A stretch of DNA of 32,000 bases, taken from NCBI RefSeq assembly GCF_000017945.1, contig NC_009776.1, positions 1,110,001 to 1,142,000 on the forward strand, given 5' to 3'. Position numbers and translations under genes: made by a program. Below the pieces are notes generated by a model, which worked only from the letters and a program-made list of their open reading frames with translations, was not told where the DNA came from and made no database searches. Every line of letters starts with the position of its first letter. Position 1 is the first letter of the stretch. Positions 27,013-32,000 of this stretch are shown one piece after another. This stretch comes from Ignicoccus hospitalis KIN4/I (GTDB lineage: Archaea > Thermoproteota > Thermoprotei_A > Sulfolobales > Ignicoccaceae).

Positions 27013-27627
27013 TCACCCCGTGGTGGCGGGCTGCTCCACCTTATAGTCTTCGAGTATCTTTGCCTTCACTTCTTCGAAGTGCTTCGGGTAGTCCTCCGGT
27101 TTGAGGCCCCTTTCCAGCAACTTGGCGAACCTCCTCTGGTACTCTTCCGGGTTCTCGTTCTTCAAGCTCTCCGCGTAGGAAGCTATGTGTTCGCCCCTTA
27201 TCCTGCTCTCGTCGGGGACCACGTCTCCCACGGGCACCTCTAGCCCGACGTCGTTGGCCGCCTTTATCGCCGCAAACACTCTGGCGCCCTTAGTGGGCTT
27301 GTGTAAGCCTATGTCCGGGACCGCGTATTGTATTCCGGCCTTCTTCGCCCGCAAGGCCGCTAACATGCCGGTCAAGTAGACGGCGGGCAAGGAGTTGCCG
27401 TAGCCCTTCCAGCCGTACTTCTTCTCGAGCTCCTTCGAGTGCGCAGCGGCTATGACCTTGTCCCCTTCGGGGGCGAACTCGATCACTTGTACCCACACGT
27501 ACTTGTTGCTCTTCCTCACCACGAACCTGGGCTTCCTCGAGAGCGCCATGGTGTAACGCTTGTAGTAGTTGGTCTTCCCTTCCCTTCTCCTCCTTCTGGG
27601 AACTTTGTACCTAGGCCCCCTTGCCAA
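27013..27627 (-). CDS. rpl18: 50S ribosomal protein L18
   Basis: [41 protein letters not shown]; [16 protein letters not shown]. Confidence 0.96.
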   Translation of the reverse strand: MARGPRYKVPRRRRREGKTNYYKRYTMALSRKPRFVVRKSNKYVWVQVIEFAPEGDKVIAAAHSKELEKKYGWKGYGNSLPAVYLTGMLAALRAKKAGIQYAVPDIGLHKPTKGARVFAAIKAANDVGLEVPVGDVVPDESRIRGEHIASYAESLKNENPEEYQRRFAKLLERGLKPEDYPKHFEEVKAKILEDYKVEQPATTG

Positions 27628-27628
27628 C

Positions 27629-28081
27629 TCACTTCACCTCTATGCCGTACCTCTCCCTCAAGTAGGTCTTTAAGTTACTTAAGCTATCGAACATGCCACC
27701 TTTAGCCTTCATGTATAGCTCTCTGTAAGTCCTCCTGTCTATTACCTCGTGGTCCCTCAAGTACCTCAAGAACCTCCTTATCTTCCTTATCCTGTTCATC
27801 CAAGCTTCCTTGGGGTCCTGACGGGCGCTGGCCTTGCCCTTCCTCTTGCCGTAACCCCTCCTCCTCCCCTTCTTCCTCTGCTCGTGGCGTACCTTCCACC
27901 TTGCCCTGCTGTTACGCCTCTTGGGCTCGACCTTGATTGCTCCTTCCTCTATTAGGCGCCTTACGTCCTCCTTGGAGACGGCCTCGGAGACGTCGGCCAG
28001 CCTTGTGGGGTCTATCCAGATCCTACTCTCCCCGACGCCGAGGATCTCTGCCGCTAACCTCGCGACCTTGTCTGGCCTCAC
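27629..28081 (-). CDS. rpl19e: 50S ribosomal protein L19e
   Basis: [21 protein letters not shown]...[42 protein letters not shown]. Confidence 0.95.
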   Translation of the reverse strand: MRPDKVARLAAEILGVGESRIWIDPTRLADVSEAVSKEDVRRLIEEGAIKVEPKRRNSRARWKVRHEQRKKGRRRGYGKRKGKASARQDPKEAWMNRIRKIRRFLRYLRDHEVIDRRTYRELYMKAKGGMFDSLSNLKTYLRERYGIEVK

Positions 28082-28524
28082 GCCTCTACACCCCCGTTGG
28101 CCACGCGGACGCCCAGTTCTTGAGCCCTCCTAATTATTTCGGCCCTCTTCTTCTTCCCTACGGATGAAGCTATGTAAACTATGTGTTTCTCCTTGTCGAC
28201 CTTCTCAAGCTCCTTCACGTTGTGAACTATGACCGGCTCCAGGCCGCTGGGGTGGAGCCCCCTAACCTCCTTCGGGGTGCGGTACCCTACCTTGACTATT
28301 GGAGGATAGCCCTTGAGCTGCAACCGGGACTTGTTGTCGTTGCCCTTGGGCTTCCTCCACTTGTAGCCCCTCTCCAGCCGGAAGTACCTCCACCAGTGGT
28401 ATCGGATGAACTCCGGCAAGTCGTTTCTAAGCTCTACTGCCTTCTTCATAGCCTTCCTTTTCTTCCTTATCTCCTTCAGAACTTGAGCCCTCTTGTTGAG
28501 GGCTTCTCTCAGCTCATTGGACAT
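28078..28524 (-). CDS. rpl32e: 50S ribosomal protein L32e
   Basis: WRYFRLERGYKWRKPKGNDNKSRLQLKGYPPIVKVGYRTPKEVRGLHPSGL. Confidence 0.95.
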   Translation of the reverse strand: MSNELREALNKRAQVLKEIRKKRKAMKKAVELRNDLPEFIRYHWWRYFRLERGYKWRKPKGNDNKSRLQLKGYPPIVKVGYRTPKEVRGLHPSGLEPVIVHNVKELEKVDKEKHIVYIASSVGKKKRAEIIRRAQELGVRVANGGVEA

Positions 28525-29084
28525 TACGACATCACCTCCCTGGCGTATATGTAGATACCGTCCATGAACACCCTGCGGTCAAACTCGGTTATTTTAGTAG
28601 CTTGCTCTATGTTGGCGGCAGTCTGAGCTACCTTCTCTATGTCGGTCCCTTCTATTATCACGTCCCTACCTTGGACCTTGACGGTGACTCCGGGGAGGAC
28701 CTTGGCCACTCTGGGGGCCTTCTCACCGATGAAGTTGTGTATTTCAACTCTGTCCCCGACCACCTTGACGCTTATGGGGAAGTGAGAGAACACTATCTTC
28801 ATCTTGTAACGCCATCCCTTAGTGACGCCGGTAATCATGTTCTTTATATGGGCCGCTACGGTGTTCACCAACGCCTTCCTCTTCCGGTTGGCGAAGAACG
28901 TCTCTACGAGGACTTGCTTCTTACCTTCTTCCTCAACGACCCTTATCCTTATTCCCTTGGCGTGGGAGAAGTCCCTCTCCAACTCGCCCTTGGGGCCCCT
29001 TACCTTGACCTTGCTGCCCTCGACCTCCACTTCCACGCCCTCAGGCACGTCCACGAGCGCGTGCACCCAGACGGCCTTTGCCAT
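28524..29084 (-). CDS. rpl6: 50S ribosomal protein L6
   Basis: [22 protein letters not shown]...[27 protein letters not shown]...NFIGEKAPR. Confidence 0.96.
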   Translation of the reverse strand: MAKAVWVHALVDVPEGVEVEVEGSKVKVRGPKGELERDFSHAKGIRIRVVEEEGKKQVLVETFFANRKRKALVNTVAAHIKNMITGVTKGWRYKMKIVFSHFPISVKVVGDRVEIHNFIGEKAPRVAKVLPGVTVKVQGRDVIIEGTDIEKVAQTAANIEQATKITEFDRRVFMDGIYIYAREVMS

Positions 29085-29116
29085 TCTACGCGACCCCGGG
29101 GAGCGATGCTGTGGGG

Positions 29117-29124
29117 ATATAAGG
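29117..29124 (-). promoter_or_regulatory. TATA box for the L6 ribosomal operon
   Basis: revcomp CCTTATATCC ~36 nt upstream of the L6 start (29084). Confidence 0.55.
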
Positions 29125-29159
29125 GGTTCTCCACACTTTGACCTTTAAAAAAGGGGCCT

Positions 29160-29474
29160 CTAACCGACGATGACTATGTTTTCGGGAGGGTATCCCATCT
29201 CCTCGAGCAGCTTCTTCACCCTGTCCCTGTGGTCCCCTTGAAGTTCTATCCTCCCGTTCTTTACGGTCCCTCCGGTGGCCAGCTTGCTCTTGAGTTGTTT
29301 AGCCACCTTCTTCAACCTCTCGTTGTCTAAGTTGAGGCCTTCGATTATGGTCACTTCTCTGCCCCACTTCCTCTTTTCCAGCTTTATCTTTATCAGCTCT
29401 TGTTGATCCATCATTAGCTGTTCACAGACCTCCGGAGGGAGACCTCCGCACACCGAGGGGTCCAACGTCCCCAT
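29160..29474 (-). CDS. Translation initiation factor aIF1 (SUI1 homolog)
   Basis: [68 protein letters not shown]. Confidence 0.92.
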   Translation of the reverse strand: MGTLDPSVCGGLPPEVCEQLMMDQQELIKIKLEKRKWGREVTIIEGLNLDNERLKKVAKQLKSKLATGGTVKNGRIELQGDHRDRVKKLLEEMGYPPENIVIVG

Positions 29475-29507
29475 GTTCAGCCCATCGGGAGTAGCCTTGA
29501 ACTTTAG

Positions 29508-29516
29508 TTTATAAAG
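29508..29516. promoter_or_regulatory. Shared palindromic TATA box between divergent aIF1 and rpoP
   Basis: TTTATAAAG containing perfect palindrome TTTATAAA; 38 nt from the aIF1 start (29474, minus) and ~34 nt from GTG 29546 of rpoP (plus). Confidence 0.55.
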
Positions 29517-29545
29517 AGTTACCTACGGTGTACCGGGGGGTTAAG

Positions 29546-29716
29546 GTGGACGCCTCGCCGGTCAAAGACGTGTTATATAAGTGCGCCGCGTGCGGGTACG
29601 TGGCCAGCAAAGACGAGCTGGAGAGGCTGATGATGGGCGTCCGATGCCCGAGGTGCGGGTACAAAATATTGTACAAGATACGCACTAGCGGTAGGACCTA
29701 CTTCAAGGCGGTATAA
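29546..29716 (+). CDS. rpoP: DNA-directed RNA polymerase subunit P (Rpb12-like)
   Basis: VLYKCAACGYVASKDELERLMMGVRCPRCGYKILYKIRTSGRTYFKAV; the ORF track starts at 29528 but TSS prediction (~29538) favours GTG 29546. Confidence 0.9.
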   Translation: MDASPVKDVLYKCAACGYVASKDELERLMMGVRCPRCGYKILYKIRTSGRTYFKAV

Positions 29717-29770
29717 GGATGATCGGGTCCTCGAACTCTGAGCGGTGATGACTGTAGCCCGCGAGTGACT
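29717..29770 (+). ncRNA. Candidate C/D-box sRNA immediately downstream of rpoP
   Basis: C-like ATGATCG (29719-29725), D' CTGA (29738-29741), 3-nt spacer, C' GTGATGA (29745-29751), D-like GTGA (29765-29768); guides of 12-13 nt. Confidence 0.5.
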
Positions 29771-29823
29771 TTCTAAGAGCTCCGGCGCACTCCTCCCGGT
29801 GCCCCGAGGGCTTGAAGGGAAGT

Positions 29824-30393
29824 ATGAAGTTAACTTTGTTCACCAAAGACGCCTTGGACTTGACAAAAGTCGTCGGAGAGATGGTCAGAAAGGGGTTCTG
29901 GACGGCCAAGGTCGTGCCGGCGGAAGGGGGCTTCGAGATCCTCTCGCCTGAGCCAGGCTTGATAGGGGCCAAGGTCGTTGACGACCAAGTCTCCTACAAG
30001 CTGTACGCGAGCAACGAGGGCAGTTCGCTCACCCTCTTTGGCGACTTGGACAGACCGTTCCTCAAGGTGGCCGAGCTCGTAGGGCTCTTGGCCGCCGGCG
30101 GGTGCGGGGAGGAGTGCATAACTGCTGCGGAGCTCACGGCGAGCGTGAGCGCCGAGGGGTTCTGCAGCTTCGGTCAGATAGAGCTGGAGAGGGTAGGGAC
30201 CCTTTCGGTATCCGGGCTGGTGGCTAGGAAAGAGGGAGAAGTCGTCAGCGTCGTCCCTTTAAACGAGAACTCGTACTTAATGGTGTACACCGTCAAGGGC
30301 GACTGGAACACCGTTAAATCCCGAGCGTTATCTTTACACGCCCTCTTACCCCAAACGCTTGAGGTGGTCAAGAGGTGGACTTGTCAGCAATAA
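29824..30393 (+). CDS. Hypothetical protein (189 aa)
   Basis: ORF MKLTLFTKDALDLTKVVGEMVRKGFWTAKVVPAEGGFEILSPEPGLIGAKVV...; 19-nt overlap with the following HAD gene; no family recognised. Confidence 0.7.
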   Translation: MKLTLFTKDALDLTKVVGEMVRKGFWTAKVVPAEGGFEILSPEPGLIGAKVVDDQVSYKLYASNEGSSLTLFGDLDRPFLKVAELVGLLAAGGCGEECITAAELTASVSAEGFCSFGQIELERVGTLSVSGLVARKEGEVVSVVPLNENSYLMVYTVKGDWNTVKSRALSLHALLPQTLEVVKRWTCQQ

Positions 30394-31121
30394 AGGTAAT
30401 AGCAGCGGACGTGGACGGGACCTTAACCGAGGGCGTCTCGTTCTTACTCGATATAGACGCAATAAAGGCGTTGAGGGACTTAGAGAGGCACGGGCTGAAA
30501 GTGATCTTGGTCTCGGGAAACAGCAGGCCAGTAACCTTAACCTTGAAGAGGTACTTGGGGACCAGCGCTCCGGTAGTGTTCGAGAACGGCTGTGGTTACG
30601 GGGACTTCACGTGGGAAGAGACGGTTCCCGACAAGTCCTCTTGCCTCGTGGCGAGGGAAGCGGCAGACACGCTCTTGAAGGTTCTCTCCGTCAAGGGTTG
30701 GAGGCCCTCGTGGCAGAACCCCTGGAGGAAGTGCGACTTCGCGATCAACGCTCCCGAAGGGAAGACCTCCGAAGAGGACGCCAAGAAGGCTTACAAAATA
30801 TTGGAAGAGCTGGGTTACTTGAAACAAGGGCTCGCGGTCTTGGTGAGCAGACACGCCGTCCACATAATGCCCAAGGACTGTGGCAAGGGTAAAGGAGTCA
30901 AGAGGGTAGTGGAGAAGATGGGTTACGACATGAGCGAAGTGTTGGCAGTTGGCGACGCAGAGAACGATCTAGAGATGATAAAGATGGCCGGCGTGGGCGT
31001 GGCGGTCGCGGACGCCCAAGAGGTGCTCAAGAGGGAAGCCGACATAGTGGCCCCGGAGCCCGCGGGCAAGGGCTTCGCTTGGATAGCGAAGAAGGTGTTG
31101 GAGGCGAAGCGCTCGTCCTAA
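30375..31121 (+). CDS. Phosphoglycolate phosphatase, archaeal HAD type
   Basis: IKVIAADVDGTLTEG, VILVSGNSRP, VFENGCGYGDF, HIMPKDCGKGKGVKRVVEKMGY, VLAVGDAENDLEMIKMAGVGVAVADA. Confidence 0.9.
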   Translation: MDLSAIKVIAADVDGTLTEGVSFLLDIDAIKALRDLERHGLKVILVSGNSRPVTLTLKRYLGTSAPVVFENGCGYGDFTWEETVPDKSSCLVAREAADTLLKVLSVKGWRPSWQNPWRKCDFAINAPEGKTSEEDAKKAYKILEELGYLKQGLAVLVSRHAVHIMPKDCGKGKGVKRVVEKMGYDMSEVLAVGDAENDLEMIKMAGVGVAVADAQEVLKREADIVAPEPAGKGFAWIAKKVLEAKRSS

Positions 31122-31603
31122 CTTACTGTACGAAGAGGAAGAGGGGGAGCCCCGGGAGGGCCTCCGAGGTCTACGCGGGGCCCGTAAGGAACTTGTTTGT
31201 TTTGGCCGAAAGGTTGGGCGCGCGGTGCTTCGTGCTCAGCGCCAAGTATGCCCTAATAGAGTGCGACGCCCGTGTAGAGCCCTACGAGCTCTACCTAGGG
31301 GAGCTGGGTCCCGAGGAGAGGGAGCGGCTAAAGAGAAGGGTAGGAGAGAGGTGCGACGAGCTCCGAGGTCCTTGGTACTTGGCGGTGGTCAACTTGAGCG
31401 GGCGGTACTCCGAGGTCTTCCCGTGCCGCGTGGAGGCGCGCTACGCTGTAGTAATAGGGAAAGTTGACGTGGTCTCGGCCGAGAAGGCCCTCAGGTTGGT
31501 GCCCAAAACTATAGGCCAGCGCAACTCGGCCTTGAAGGCCTTGGGGAGGGCGAGGAGCCTTGAGGACGTTATTCGACTTATTGAGGAGGGAACTTTCCAC
31601 TGA
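31079..31603 (+). CDS. DUF6884-like protein
   Basis: LVLTYCTKRKRG...ASEVYAGPVRNLFVLAERLGARCFVLSAKYALIECDARVEPYELYLGELG resembles the DUF6884 pattern; true start probably beyond 31079. Confidence 0.6.
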   Translation: MDSEEGVGGEALVLTYCTKRKRGSPGRASEVYAGPVRNLFVLAERLGARCFVLSAKYALIECDARVEPYELYLGELGPEERERLKRRVGERCDELRGPWYLAVVNLSGRYSEVFPCRVEARYAVVIGKVDVVSAEKALRLVPKTIGQRNSALKALGRARSLEDVIRLIEEGTFH

Positions 31604-31607
31604 AAGC

Positions 31608-32000
31608 TTGATTTCGATTGCATCGACCGAATGGGAGGAGGCGGTCGCCGAGTTCAGGAAGTTCGCGATGAACTGCTCGGAATCAACTAACAGGGAGGCG
31701 TGCGACGAGAGGTTGAAGGACTACAAAGAAACTTTCAAAGATCTGATAAAGCTTAGGATATACAAGATGCTGAAAACCGAAGAAGTCCCGGAGACCTCGG
31801 TTGACGAGCCTTTCCTCAGGCTAGTGCTAAAGTTGATAACAGACTTCACCAGCTCCTTGGACGAGGTAGTGGCGGACGAGAGGGGCAGGGTTTTTGTGAT
31901 AGTTAGAAAGAGGTTGGACGTGGGAGGGGTAATAGCGGAGCCCAACGAGCTAGTTATGATGAGTTTAATGGAGGCTGTCGCGCTTAGCGCCTTCGGTTAC
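31608..32000 (+). CDS. Partial CDS, possible archaeal GINS-complex subunit
   Basis: Open frame from TTG 31608 through the window end: ISIASTEWEEAVAEFRKFAMNCSESTNREACDERLKDYKETFKDLIKLRIYKMLKTEEVPETSVDEPFLRLVLKLITDFTSSLDEVVADERGRVFVIVRKRLDVGGVIAEPNELVMMSLMEAVALSAFGY; C-terminal part resembles the GINS B-domain. Confidence 0.4.
   Translation, partial: MISIASTEWEEAVAEFRKFAMNCSESTNREACDERLKDYKETFKDLIKLRIYKMLKTEEVPETSVDEPFLRLVLKLITDFTSSLDEVVADERGRVFVIVRKRLDVGGVIAEPNELVMMSLMEAVALSAFGY

Noticed and set aside
26350-27243. 297-aa plus-strand ORF antisense to ribosomal proteins S5/L18
   Set aside because: Shadow ORF opposite strongly supported ribosomal protein genes in the canonical archaeal order.
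1-32000. CRISPR arrays, transposons, integrases, toxin-antitoxin or defence systems
   Set aside because: No direct repeats with regular spacers, no transposase or integrase motifs, and nearly all space is occupied by conserved housekeeping genes.

Overview
Gene-dense archaeal chromosomal window, almost certainly Ignicoccus hospitalis (Crenarchaeota, Desulfurococcales). The gene series porGDAB - truD - rpl14e - M50 protease - mdh - hypothetical - methyltransferase - tiny outer-membrane protein matches, as I remember it, loci around Igni_1256 to Igni_1266. Most of the window is core genome: AsnC-like C-terminus, thioredoxin-fold protein, RNA ligase, purL, TatD-like and MBL-fold hydrolases, a four-subunit 2-oxoacid:ferredoxin oxidoreductase (probably pyruvate synthase), truD, rpl14e, a site-2 protease, mdh, a PUA-type rRNA methyltransferase, transketolase N-terminal subunit, aIF2-beta, an FtsX-type ABC exporter, a ribbon-helix-helix coiled-coil protein, UPF0179, intron-containing tRNA-Arg(CCT), PAP2 phosphatase, a ribosomal protein operon (L6-L32e-L19e-L18-S5-L30-L15), aIF1/SUI1, rpoP, phosphoglycolate phosphatase, a DUF6884-like protein and a possible GINS subunit. 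I see no CRISPR array, transposon or defence island. The most interesting items are: (1) a ~1280-aa exported protein at 5735..9571, about 1000 residues of which are a degenerate Thr/Val repeat; (2) a tiny ORF at 18160/18184..18417 that looks like the dominant outer-membrane pore protein Ihomp1/Imp1227, followed by a structured 3' region; (3) a candidate C/D-box sRNA directly after rpoP with an 11-nt match to archaeal 16S rRNA; (4) a tRNA-Arg whose 5' end overlaps the UPF0179 stop codon; (5) shared palindromic TATA boxes between divergent genes; (6) an aIF2-beta gene whose conserved N-terminus extends upstream of any canonical start codon.
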